A DNA stretch of 64,000 nt from Candidatus Omnitrophota bacterium (GTDB lineage: Bacteria; Omnitrophota; Gorgyraeia; Zapsychrales; Aceulaceae), in contig JAKQPK010000050.1 of assembly GCA_029564765.1 (NCBI GenBank), forward strand, positions 210,977-274,976. The letters run 5' to 3'. The number at the start of each line of letters is the position of its first letter. Position 1 is the first letter of the stretch. Below the pieces are notes generated by a model. The model ran no database searches and was not told the DNA's origin. It saw only the letters and a program-made list of their open reading frames with translations. Made by a program: the position numbers and the translations under genes. Positions 27,171 through 36,500 of this stretch are shown here, piece after piece.

Positions 27171-27953
27171 CTATTTCTGAAAACTCCCATGGCGGGATGC
27201 CGTTGCTGTCTCATCGAAAGGATGGTACGGCTTGGAAGGGACATCATAGACACAGAGCGCGTGAAACGATGAATAATATCTTTTAATATCATTCATTTCT
27301 TTCTTTGTCAATGGCTTTGTTGCGCAAGGACGCAAAGGTGTGTTCAGCTGGACTTCGTCAGGATGTATTTTTTGAGCTATCTCGGCGATATCTTTTGCGT
27401 GCACCATGTTATGTTTCACGAACATGATCTGAAGCCCGAGCTTACCTTTAAATTTCTTGCGAAAGGCGCGCAATCCTTTAACAACATCAGCAAAAACAAC
27501 ATCTGCGATCCCGCGATTCACGGCCGCAAAATCTTTAGCGTTATGCGCGTCGAGCTTTGCAAGAACAAAATCTGCCAACATCAGATCTTTTTGAACATCC
27601 GCGCGCGCTATCAGAGTCGAATTAGTGATGACAGCGATCTTTTCTGGACGGATCTTGCGGACCTCTCGGATCATTTCTCCAAGATTCTTTGCAAGCGTGG
27701 GCTCTCCTCGCCCAGAAAAAGTGATGTAGTCAATACCTCCGGGGCCAAGGGATCGGATCTCCGCAATAATTCTGCGAGTCGGGACAAAAACTTCACGCAC
27801 TGTCTGCAAAACATCTGTCTCGCCTAGCTGACAATAAATACAATTAAAGTTGCAGATCTTTTTGCTCTGCGAGATAGGGTCAACGCCAAGCGACATGCCA
27901 AGCCGCCAAGAATATACAGGGCCAAAAATATAACGAAAGGATGTTCTTTTCAT
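27171..27953 (-). CDS. Radical SAM domain protein (small, function unknown)
   Basis: GPVYSWRLGMSLGVDP...CNFNCIYCQLG CxxxCxxC motif near the N-terminus; 260 aa. Confidence 0.6.
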   Translation of the reverse strand: MKRTSFRYIFGPVYSWRLGMSLGVDPISQSKKICNFNCIYCQLGETDVLQTVREVFVPTRRIIAEIRSLGPGGIDYITFSGRGEPTLAKNLGEMIREVRKIRPEKIAVITNSTLIARADVQKDLMLADFVLAKLDAHNAKDFAAVNRGIADVVFADVVKGLRAFRKKFKGKLGLQIMFVKHNMVHAKDIAEIAQKIHPDEVQLNTPLRPCATKPLTKKEMNDIKRYYSSFHALCVYDVPSKPYHPFDETATASRHGSFQK

Positions 27954-27984
27954 GAAGCGCTCGAAATGCGGGACTATGAAGATA

Positions 27985-28362
27985 TTATTTTAAAATATTC
28001 TGAACCTTTAACAGCAGATCATTTCGATCATAGGGCTTGGCGATCGTTTCGTACCAGCAATCATCAATGTTGATCTTTAAGGGTGATCCGATCTCTTCCT
28101 CAGGCTTGATCATCGCCGTTAAGAAGATCACCGGCGTCAGGCGCAGCTGGGGATATCCTTTGAGCACTTTGACCGCCTCCGCTCCACCAATATCCGGCAA
28201 GATCAAATCCATCAAGATAAGGTCGGGCAAGATATCCTTGACTTTCTGAAGGGCTTCTCTGGCGTTGACAGCCGTTGTCACATGATAACCGGCAACGGTA
28301 AGCTCTTTGGCAAGAACCTTAAGAACATCTGGCTCATCATCCACAACGAGAATCTTTTTCAT
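27985..28362 (-). CDS. Single-domain response regulator (CheY-like receiver)
   Basis: MKKILVVDDEPDV...LILMDLILPDIGG...FLTA. Phospho-acceptor Asp and conserved Lys are in place. Confidence 0.8.
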   Translation of the reverse strand: MKKILVVDDEPDVLKVLAKELTVAGYHVTTAVNAREALQKVKDILPDLILMDLILPDIGGAEAVKVLKGYPQLRLTPVIFLTAMIKPEEEIGSPLKINIDDCWYETIAKPYDRNDLLLKVQNILK

Positions 28363-28375
28363 ACCACTCCTTGAG

Positions 28376-28795
28376 CTATGACAACGCGATGTTGATCACA
28401 TCATGCCGGCCAAGAACGCCAACAAGCTTGTCCCCATTGTAAACAGGGATCGTGTGGACATTCTTGCGGTGCATGATCGCGATCGCCTTTACGACCTTAT
28501 CATCCTGCTGCAAGCTAAAGACCTTTTTGCTGGCCAGCTCTCCTACGGGACGCTGGGAAACTTTTTGAAGCTCATCGATGCGATGGATCCCCTTAGAGAT
28601 CGATTCCGCCATTAACCGCAAAAGATCTGTTGTCGTAAATATTCCAATAAGTTTATTAGGGTTTTTATCGCTAACGACCAAAATACCGTTAATTTGATAA
28701 CGGAACAGCAAGTGCGCGACATTGCCGACCGATACGCTTTCCTTTACCTTGATCGGATGATCGCACATGACATCCTTGAGAGCAATCTTAAGCAT
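28376..28795 (-). CDS. CBS-pair domain protein
   Basis: Two CBS motifs (GILVVSD...LIGIFTTTDLLR and VHTIPVYNGDKLVGVLGRHDV). Confidence 0.7.
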   Translation of the reverse strand: MLKIALKDVMCDHPIKVKESVSVGNVAHLLFRYQINGILVVSDKNPNKLIGIFTTTDLLRLMAESISKGIHRIDELQKVSQRPVGELASKKVFSLQQDDKVVKAIAIMHRKNVHTIPVYNGDKLVGVLGRHDVINIALS

Positions 28796-28816
28796 GTTGA
28801 TTTTCCCTTTTAAAAA

Positions 28817-29353
28817 CTAAGCTCCCGCCTCGTCAGTCACCTGCCCCAACAAAGAGGCTAATGTAGGCATCGGCCTGGCGCCAAGCTCTTTATCAAGCAT
28901 CAAAATGCCCTGGCCTTTATCTCCTACATATTTTAGCTTTGCCAAAATGTCTAAAGCGTTCTTTTCTTCTTCGACCTGCTCGGTGACAAACCATTCCAAA
29001 AAGATCAACGAGGCATTATCGTTTTGTTTCTGAGCTAAAGAATAGAGATTGTTAATATTTTTGGTGACAAACTTCTCGTGATCCAGGGTCTTCTCAAAAA
29101 CTTCCTGAACAGACTTAAAAGACCCCTCAGGTTTTTCAATCGCATCGAGCGTAACCACCCCGCCTCGATCAAAGATATAAGAATAGAACTTCATGGCATG
29201 GGCCATCTCTTCGATCGCCTGGGCTTTCATCCATTGAGCAAAACCACCCAAACTTTCCGCGTCAAAATATGCCGCCATGGCCAAATATAAATAGGATGAA
29301 AACATTTCACGGTTGATCTGCGCGTTCATCTCTTTTTCCATTTTTTTATCCAT
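28817..29353 (-). CDS. Non-haem ferritin
   Basis: Ferroxidase-centre residues in the EMFSSYLYLAMAAYF...EEMAHAMKFY context; 178 aa. Confidence 0.8.
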   Translation of the reverse strand: MDKKMEKEMNAQINREMFSSYLYLAMAAYFDAESLGGFAQWMKAQAIEEMAHAMKFYSYIFDRGGVVTLDAIEKPEGSFKSVQEVFEKTLDHEKFVTKNINNLYSLAQKQNDNASLIFLEWFVTEQVEEEKNALDILAKLKYVGDKGQGILMLDKELGARPMPTLASLLGQVTDEAGA

Positions 29354-29477
29354 AACAAAACTCCTTTATAAAATTAACGTCCATGTCTGACTTTTTGAGT
29401 ATACTACGTTTTACATGTTTGAAGATATTTTTTCTGTTTTGATCGGGCAGCCTGGCATCAGGCTGCCCGACTACCCG

Positions 29478-30020
29478 TTACTCCTGAAAGCTAAGATCCG
29501 ACGGCTCAAAATATTCCTTAGGATGCTTGCAGGACGGACACGCGGTCGGCGGTTCCTTGCCCTCATGGATGAAGCCGCATTTACTGCATTTCCACTGGAT
29601 GGGCTTTTCTCTTTTGTAGACCGTTCCGCTCTCAACCATGGCCAACAATTTTTTATAACGCTCTTCATGATGCTTTTCCACTTTCGCGACCTGATCAAAA
29701 AGCCGAGCGACATCTTCAAATCCTTCCGCGCGGGCATCCTTGGCAAAATTCGGATACATTTCCGTTGTCTCATAGTGCTCGCCGCCCATCGCTTCCTTCA
29801 GGTTAGCGACCGTATCTCCGATGCCACCTAAGAACTTAAACTCATCCTTGGCATGCTGCATCTCGTTATCAGCTGTTTCACGGAAAAGTTTTCCGATATA
29901 CAAATACCCTTCTTTTTCCGCGGCCTTAGCAAAGTACGTATACTTATTTCTTGCTTGGGACTCACCGGCAAAAGCCGCCATGAGATTTTTTTCCGTTTTT
30001 GATCCTTTTAACTCAGCCAT
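29478..30020 (-). CDS. rbr: Rubrerythrin with C-terminal rubredoxin-like domain
   Basis: Di-iron ExxH motifs ([17 protein letters not shown], ...EKHHEERY). C-terminal [10 protein letters not shown]...CPSCKHP rubredoxin centre. Confidence 0.85.
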   Translation of the reverse strand: MAELKGSKTEKNLMAAFAGESQARNKYTYFAKAAEKEGYLYIGKLFRETADNEMQHAKDEFKFLGGIGDTVANLKEAMGGEHYETTEMYPNFAKDARAEGFEDVARLFDQVAKVEKHHEERYKKLLAMVESGTVYKREKPIQWKCSKCGFIHEGKEPPTACPSCKHPKEYFEPSDLSFQE

Positions 30021-30150
30021 TTCTCCTCCGTATTTAAGTTGATTGTGTTAGTTGTGTTGATTGAGTCCTTTGAGTTGTTTAAGCTTAAGGCTATTGCATA
30101 GATCCATAACCCAACAACCTCAATAAACCCAAGGAACCCTACAAACCTTT

Positions 30151-30861
30151 TTAATACCCTACAAAATTCTCTGATTTTATATTTTCCGGCAAGCAGCCAA
30201 GCGCTCGACAAGCCTGGTTCATCGCGCTGACCATGGCCGGCGGCCCTGAAATAAGAAAAATTCGTTCCTTCAGATCAGGGATCTCGCAAGAAATCATTTC
30301 TGACGTGATCATCCCCTGCCGATAACTGTTATTATGCGGCTTTTCATCAACGATCGTGTGAACAACATGGATACTCGGATCATGGTTCGTCCACGCGTCC
30401 AGATCCGAGCGAAATGGTATATCGCTTTCCAACAAATTAGAATAAAGCATGATTACGTCACATGGAAGACGGCTGAAGACAACATGCTCTAATATAGATA
30501 TCGCGGGTGTAATGCCAATGCCTCCGATCAAAAAAGCCACCTTATGGTGTTGATCGTCTAACGTGCAACTTCCCATAGGGCCTTTTAGCAAAACGTCTTC
30601 GCCCTTAGCAAGGCTCCAAAGCCTCCGCGAGAAATCACTTCCTGAAAAACGCTTGGTCAGCTCCACATACTCTTTTCCTGGGCGACAAGAAAATGATAGA
30701 TATTTGTTCAACTTTTTATTATTTCGATCCTGCTCATCAAAAACGACCTGCGCGAACTGTCCTGGGACAAAATCGATCTTTTCACAAGGACAAAAACGAA
30801 AACTGTACACAGTGTCCGTGCGCTGGATACGCTCAAGAAATTTTAGCCGATACTCATTCAT
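30151..30861 (-). CDS. FAD/NAD(P)H oxidoreductase of the ferredoxin-NADP reductase family
   Basis: FAD-binding KYLSFS (RxYS-like), GPMGS, and NAD(P)-binding LIGGIGITP. Context suggests an NAD(P)H:rubredoxin reductase role (inference). Confidence 0.6.
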   Translation of the reverse strand: MNEYRLKFLERIQRTDTVYSFRFCPCEKIDFVPGQFAQVVFDEQDRNNKKLNKYLSFSCRPGKEYVELTKRFSGSDFSRRLWSLAKGEDVLLKGPMGSCTLDDQHHKVAFLIGGIGITPAISILEHVVFSRLPCDVIMLYSNLLESDIPFRSDLDAWTNHDPSIHVVHTIVDEKPHNNSYRQGMITSEMISCEIPDLKERIFLISGPPAMVSAMNQACRALGCLPENIKSENFVGY

Positions 30862-30867
30862 TGCGAT

Positions 30868-31281
30868 TTATCTTTTTTTTGACGAACAATCCTTGCAGAC
30901 CCCGTAAAAATACCCTTGAAAATTCTCAATGGCATGGCCTTGCACGCTTTTACGATCGAGCACTGGGCATCGCGGCATCTCAACATCTAAAACCTTTCGA
31001 CATAGACGGCATAAAAAGTGATGATGATCTTCGTCTGTCCTCTCGTACAGCGATCGGCTAAAATCGATCTTGATCTCATTGAGCAGATGCTTGCTTGTGA
31101 AATTCTCCAAGATCGCGTAAACCGTTCCCAAAGAGATCGCAGGAACCTGCGCCTTCACTTTCTGGAAGATCTCTTCAGCGCTCAAATGGCACTTGCCATT
31201 ATTGAAAACACCATATACCGCCAGCCGTTGCGGCGTGACCTTAACTTTGTGCTGACGTAAAATTTGCTCAGATCGCTTCAT
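30868..31281 (-). CDS. Fur-family metalloregulator, probably PerR-type
   Basis: Fur DNA-binding helix plus HHHFLCRLCRK...CKDC metal sites. Embedded among peroxide/oxygen defence genes. Confidence 0.75.
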   Translation of the reverse strand: MKRSEQILRQHKVKVTPQRLAVYGVFNNGKCHLSAEEIFQKVKAQVPAISLGTVYAILENFTSKHLLNEIKIDFSRSLYERTDEDHHHFLCRLCRKVLDVEMPRCPVLDRKSVQGHAIENFQGYFYGVCKDCSSKKR

Positions 31282-31757
31282 TATTTTTCTTTCACAGGAT
31301 CCACGTGAGGCGGCGCAAGATCAACGACGTTCTCAACATTGACCTTGATTAAATATTTTGGATGTAAAGGAAGATGGGCTTCGTGGTGTTTTCTGGATTT
31401 AAACCCTGCCTGAACACTGCGTGCGATACGCTTAGAAATACGATGAACGACCCTTTTCTCCCACTCTTCAAAGATCTTTTCATGCAACTGGTCGCGGGTG
31501 ATGATCTCGGCTTGCCCTTGAAGCGTGTACCCTTTGAACAAATGATCGTCAAATGCCGTAATGCTGATCATGGGGTTGCGCTTAAGATTGCGAAATGTCC
31601 GATAAAGATAGAGGTCGATCAAGAAAAGATTATCTGGGCTCTCAGCGCTGATGATCCCCTTGATCGAACAATGGATACACCCTTTTTCATCCAGGGTTGA
31701 GACGATAACACTGTCTTGGCTTTCAAAGAAATTGATAATTTCTTTATCGATCCGCAT
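31281..31757 (-). CDS. Pyridoxamine-5'-phosphate-oxidase-like split-barrel flavin-binding protein
   Basis: 158 aa. Weak similarity pattern only (N-terminal VIVSTLDEKG...ISIT). Start overlaps the PerR stop. Confidence 0.4.
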   Translation of the reverse strand: MRIDKEIINFFESQDSVIVSTLDEKGCIHCSIKGIISAESPDNLFLIDLYLYRTFRNLKRNPMISITAFDDHLFKGYTLQGQAEIITRDQLHEKIFEEWEKRVVHRISKRIARSVQAGFKSRKHHEAHLPLHPKYLIKVNVENVVDLAPPHVDPVKEK

Positions 31758-31761
31758 GTCT

Positions 31762-32961
31762 CTATTGTCCGATCAATGTCTTGGCAGTAGTTACTGCGTA
31801 AGCGAGGCCCTCTAGATCACTTGCGCTTGGAATAAACTGAACATATTTTCCTTGGCCGACAAGCTCAAAGCCAGCATCCTGAATAGATGTTTCCAATTCT
31901 TTAAAACCAACCATCGACCACCCATAAGAACCAAAAGTCATCGCATATTTATTTCTGCATTTCAGGCCTTTTAAGTACATCAACAGCCCAGCCATTGTTG
32001 GAAGCATGCGATTATTCAAGATCGGCGTTCCAAAAATAACAAGCTTTGATGTTAAAATATCTGTCACGATATCCGACATATGCCCCGCTTGCAGGCTGAC
32101 AAGCTTAACAAAGATCCCTTCTCTATCAAAAATTTCTTGAAGCTTCTCTGCCATTTGCTTGGTCGAATTCCACATCGTGTCATAAACGATCAACACTTTT
32201 TTATCCGCCTGGTAATTAGCCCATTTCTCGTACAAATGGACGATCTTAGCGATATCTTCTTTCCGCCTCCAGATCAATCCGTGCGAAGGGCAGATCATGT
32301 CGATCACCATCGGCTTGAGCGCTTCTAAAGCCTTGAGCACTTGGTTTCCATATGGCATCACGATATTAGCGTAATACTTGGCCGCATCCTCAAAAATGAC
32401 ATCCGCGCCAGCCTCATCCGCATAACGCTCGACCGATGCGCGATGCTGGCCAAAGGCGTCATTAGGAAAAAGGATCTTGTCCTGCGGCGAATACGTTGCC
32501 ATAGAATCCGGCCAATGGACCATCGGCATAAGGAAGAATTTCAACGTTCGCTTACCAATGTTGAGCTCATCACCGGTGTTGACAACTTTAAAATTCCAGT
32601 CTTTTTCGCTTCGCGTACCACTAGGCAGGAAATGTTTCCTTAGCCCCTCGCATCCTTTGGGCGAGCAAACAACTTGCGCTTGAGGGCAAAACTTCAGCAA
32701 GCTGTCGATGGACCCAGAATGGTCCATTTCGGTATGATTAGAAATGATGTATTGAATCTTATCAGGGTCGATCACTTCCTTGATGCGAGAGATCATCTCA
32801 TCAAAGCCGTAATACTTGACCGTATCGATCAACGTCGGCTTTTCATCAAGGATCAAATAAGAGTTGTATGTAGAGCCTGAGGGCGTGTCATAGCCGTGAA
32901 AATTACGCAGGTCCCAATCAATGTATCCGGTCCAATAAATATCAGGAGAGATAGAGTGCAT
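31762..32961 (-). CDS. Flavodiiron protein (rubredoxin:oxygen/NO oxidoreductase, FprA/Roo type)
   Basis: Metallo-beta-lactamase di-iron motif NHTEMDHSGS plus a C-terminal flavodoxin domain (KVLIVYDTMWNSTKQMAE); 399 aa. Confidence 0.85.
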   Translation of the reverse strand: MHSISPDIYWTGYIDWDLRNFHGYDTPSGSTYNSYLILDEKPTLIDTVKYYGFDEMISRIKEVIDPDKIQYIISNHTEMDHSGSIDSLLKFCPQAQVVCSPKGCEGLRKHFLPSGTRSEKDWNFKVVNTGDELNIGKRTLKFFLMPMVHWPDSMATYSPQDKILFPNDAFGQHRASVERYADEAGADVIFEDAAKYYANIVMPYGNQVLKALEALKPMVIDMICPSHGLIWRRKEDIAKIVHLYEKWANYQADKKVLIVYDTMWNSTKQMAEKLQEIFDREGIFVKLVSLQAGHMSDIVTDILTSKLVIFGTPILNNRMLPTMAGLLMYLKGLKCRNKYAMTFGSYGWSMVGFKELETSIQDAGFELVGQGKYVQFIPSASDLEGLAYAVTTAKTLIGQ

Positions 32962-32988
32962 AATTAAATGAAAGGGTTAAAGAGTTAA

Positions 32989-33160
32989 GAGTATTTAGTC
33001 GATAGTATTTAGTAAAAACAAAAATAAAGAATCTGAAACGAAAAAGATTTATTCTACTCTTCTAAAGATTTTCTCAATTCGCAATTCTTTTATGCTTGTC
33101 GTTTTACGCTTTATTTCTTAACTTTTTTCACTATATACTAAATACTATCGGCTAAATACT
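32989..33160. repeat. 24-bp inverted repeat (1 mismatch) flanking a 123-bp AT-rich spacer between the rubredoxin and flavodiiron genes
   Basis: Left arm AGTATTTAGTCGATAGTATTTAGT (32990-33013). Right arm ACTAAATACTATCGGCTAAATACT (33137-33160), the reverse complement with one mismatch. Each arm carries AGTATTTAG twice with a 14-bp period. Confidence 0.6.
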
Positions 33161-33163
33161 TTT

Positions 33164-33328
33164 TTATCCTTCTACTGCCTCAAAATCCGCCTTTGACACC
33201 CCGCACTCTGGGCACACCCAAGAATCAGGAATAGCTTCAAATGCTGTGCCGGGTGCAATATTGCCGTCTGGATCCCCTTTTTCCGGGTCATAGATGTAGC
33301 CGCAAACAGTGCATTTATATTTTTTCAT
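33164..33328 (-). CDS. Rubredoxin
   Basis: [22 protein letters not shown]...WVCPECG, two CxxCG knuckles. ATG at 33328 has AAAGGAGG 7 nt upstream; the ORF track starts 8 codons earlier. Confidence 0.9.
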   Translation of the reverse strand: MKKYKCTVCGYIYDPEKGDPDGNIAPGTAFEAIPDSWVCPECGVSKADFEAVEG

Positions 33329-33539
33329 AAACAGCCTCCTTTGCGTGAGCACACAACTTACGCGACTGAAAGGAGCGTCAAGTTGTCCGTGCGAATTTAT
33401 CCCGGTGAAGCTGCGACCTAGCAGCTGAATCGGGAAACATTAAATAGATTTTAATATTACCACAGAACGTTATACAAATATCAATATTTTCTAATCAGGA
33501 ATAGTTATTATATAGGAATATCCTTAGATGTCAAGAAAG

Positions 33540-36500
33540 TTATCGAGCAAGGCTCAGCCGTGGTTGGCTTTCTTGGCGAACACCGAGCAAAAGCGGAAGA
33601 TTTGTAACCGGCGCGATATTGATAATAACAGGATAGAGCCCATCAATCTCAATATTCTCAAAATTCTCAAGGTCAAATTGTATAGGGCTTGCGCCTCCCT
33701 GACGTTCAAGGTCGAAATGAGCAGGATTAAGATCGATACCGCCGACTTCGTTTGGCTTCACTTGAGCTTGTTCGTATCCAGTCCTAACATCCTTAAGAGA
33801 ATCAATAAGATCAGAATAAGAATCATACCCTAAAGCCCAAGCCAAAGCCTGTTTCTTGCTGCTTGAGAATTCCTCATTTTTAAATTCTAAGTAATTCTGG
33901 ATCACATCCCAAACAGCTTTCTTAGACTCAATGGTTAAGTACCGAAGTTGGACATCTTGTGTGATCGTCGCTTCACCTGCTGATCGATCGATCACGATTC
34001 CGCTGTCTTCGAATGTCTTTTTTGCAAAAATCAAATTAATACCACCAAAACCATTCAAAAGACGAACACGCGTCATCTGCCCCTCTCCGCCGGGATTCAC
34101 GAATATTCTTTGTGCCTGAGAACCGATCATTTTCCCGTCGCTCTCAAAAATCATCTTATACAAATTCTCTAAAGTGGTTACTGTGCCGTAAGCCTCTTTT
34201 ATGGCTGAATAATTTTTTGCAAGCCAGCCTTCAACATCAAAAAATGATCGACCATGTTCTTGTGCGATAGCCTGCAACGCAACATCTACTTCAATTCCTG
34301 GTCTAAGACGATCCATTCGTTCAACACTCGATGTAATTCTCAGCTTATCAGCCGCATCATTAACTGGTATAAAATCACGATATTTTTCAAGCCATTCCTT
34401 TGTTTTTTGGATAAAAGCCAAGGCTTCCCTTGCACCCATACCAGAAATAAGCCCGTTTTGAATCTTTTGAGAAATCGCATCCCACTGCTCCTTTATTTCG
34501 CCTTGAGATACAGCTGACGATACCGGACTCCCGTCAGGATTAAAAAGCTCTAGCTGTTCGCCTGCCTTCCTGAAGAATACTTTTTCTCCAGCCGCGAGCT
34601 TATTTAAAAGCGGCTGTGAGACCGTATAAACGCCATCGCCAGCAAGCTGCATCTTTACTTTGATGCTCTGCTGAAGGGCACGATACGCCCCTTGAACGAT
34701 ATCGTTGGTCAGTGTATTCTCGGGAAACACCCACATCTCAAGACTACTCGAAAAGAAATCCGCAGTCGTGATAACAAATTTTCCATCAGAGGCCTTGCGC
34801 GCTTGATATTTAAGACCCAAGGTTCTTGTAATATTTTCGTTGATCCCCTGAGCTGCTTTAAAATGCTCCATAATATTGCCGTTGGGCTCTTGATAGCGCT
34901 CGCTAAAGAAGACAACGATGTTGCTATTGTTTGTTGTGTCAACAACAGCCTTGAATTTCCAGATGCCGTCCTTGTCCAGTGTGGCTATCTTTTCGATCGT
35001 CTTGTCATTTAGCTCTAACGCCCTTCCATTTTCAAGCAAGACATCCTCTGTGAGATCGCGCGTTGAACGAGAAATGCGATCATTGAAATAAAGCGCATGC
35101 AGCGTTGGTATAAACTGCTTCTTTTCCTGAATAACCTTTTGGACTTCCTGATATATCCTAGCCTTATTCTTTTCAGGATATTGACGATCAAGCGCTAAGA
35201 TAATATTTTCCGCTGTTGGACGGGAAACCCTGATGCGTCCACCTTCTGTGATGATAAAATTTCGGAAAGCTGGAACATTCTCATAATATTCTTCAATCGT
35301 AAAGATGCCCTTCCAGAAAAAATCTTCTGGCAAATCCAGCTTGCTCCTGCTCTTAAACTGCAAAAGCTGTGTGTCAATAACATAAGCCCCATCGATCTCA
35401 ATAATTTCATGAGTAATGCCTAACTCTTCTTCGCGAATCCTGTCTGCATTGGGTGGAATGTATATCGTTTTTGGCTCAAAACCATAGTTGAGGCGCAAAT
35501 GGCTGCTGTTTTCCCAGATGCCCATGATCTCGTTGGTGGCTAAGGCGCACTGATTAGAATGCTTCGGATCGTACTTCTTGATGATCGACTCCGCCAAATT
35601 CTTTAATTCGGCTGGGATGCTCGAGGAAGAAGCCGAAACATACAGATCTCCGACACCATAATCAACAACCCCACCATCAATAGAAATGCCTAAAATATCT
35701 CGTTGGCTGACTTTCTTAAAACCGCTCAATCCTTCAAAATACGCCTGATCGACCTTGGCTGGAGCATAATAAATCTTGCCATCTGATCTCATCTTTTTTC
35801 TTAGATTTCCACTATTGTGCCATTTCTCAAAAAAGTTCGCCACCTGCGGCGAAGGGTTGATCACGGACAAATAGTCGATCGCGCCATCAGGAATATGGTA
35901 AAGAAGATCGGCAAACTCCCCTTTAAGGATCACAAGATTCTCTTTTTCTTCTTTAAGACCATCTAATTTTTTTTGGTCCCATAGTTCTCGGTAATAATAC
36001 CCCGACTCTGCAAATGAATCAAAACCAATAACACCTATATCCCTATTTTGACCAGCCACAGCCAAAGGAAATCGTCCTTGGCCTGTTCCAGCATCTACAT
36101 AGATCTGGCCATGCTTCTGCAGGATCGAAACAGCCTTTGCGACCGCCTCCTGAGAATTCCCTTGCCTGACAAGATATTGTTCAAAATTCCTGATTTCTGA
36201 TGAAATAGCTGAAGAGACATCGCTATCAGCGTAACGTTTCTTTCCATCCTGGGACAGGACGACCATTCTCGTTCCATCTGCAGGTCGGATAGGAAGTAGA
36301 GAGTCGAAAGTCGCGTTGATCAGCATGTAATCTTCTTCGGGATAAAACGCTTTAATATTTTTCATAAAAAGATTAAATTTGTTTTGCCGCTCTTCTTGTG
36401 TCATGCGGCTATAAGCAACCCACTCGAGGATGTTGGAGACATGGACCACAGAAGCTTGTCCTGAAATTTGCGCTTTTTGTAAGAATTCTCTTATCATTTC

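Noticed and set aside
27171-27953. The small radical SAM ORF as the missing AmmeMemoRadiSam partner
   Set aside because: It is about 19 kb from the Memo-AMMECR1 gene and shorter (260 aa) than typical members. I could not match family-specific motifs by eye, so it is left as generic radical SAM.
29432-29455. GC-rich 10-bp hairpin GGGCAGCCUG-gcau-CAGGCUGCCC downstream of rubrerythrin
   Set aside because: It has no following U-tract in either orientation (the T-rich run precedes it on the plus strand). It may stabilise the rbr 3' end but is not a canonical intrinsic terminator.
33164-33352. ORF-track start of rubredoxin at 33352 ([14 protein letters not shown])
   Set aside because: A strong AAAGGAGG SD precedes the internal ATG at 33328, and rubredoxins start directly with the MKKYxC knuckle.
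33353-33539. Terminator for giant gene 2 and a PerR box upstream of rubredoxin
   Set aside because: Only imperfect hairpins without U-tracts (33353-33386, 33401-33434) were found. The AATAGTTATTATATAGG stretch resembles a Fur/PerR box too weakly to call.
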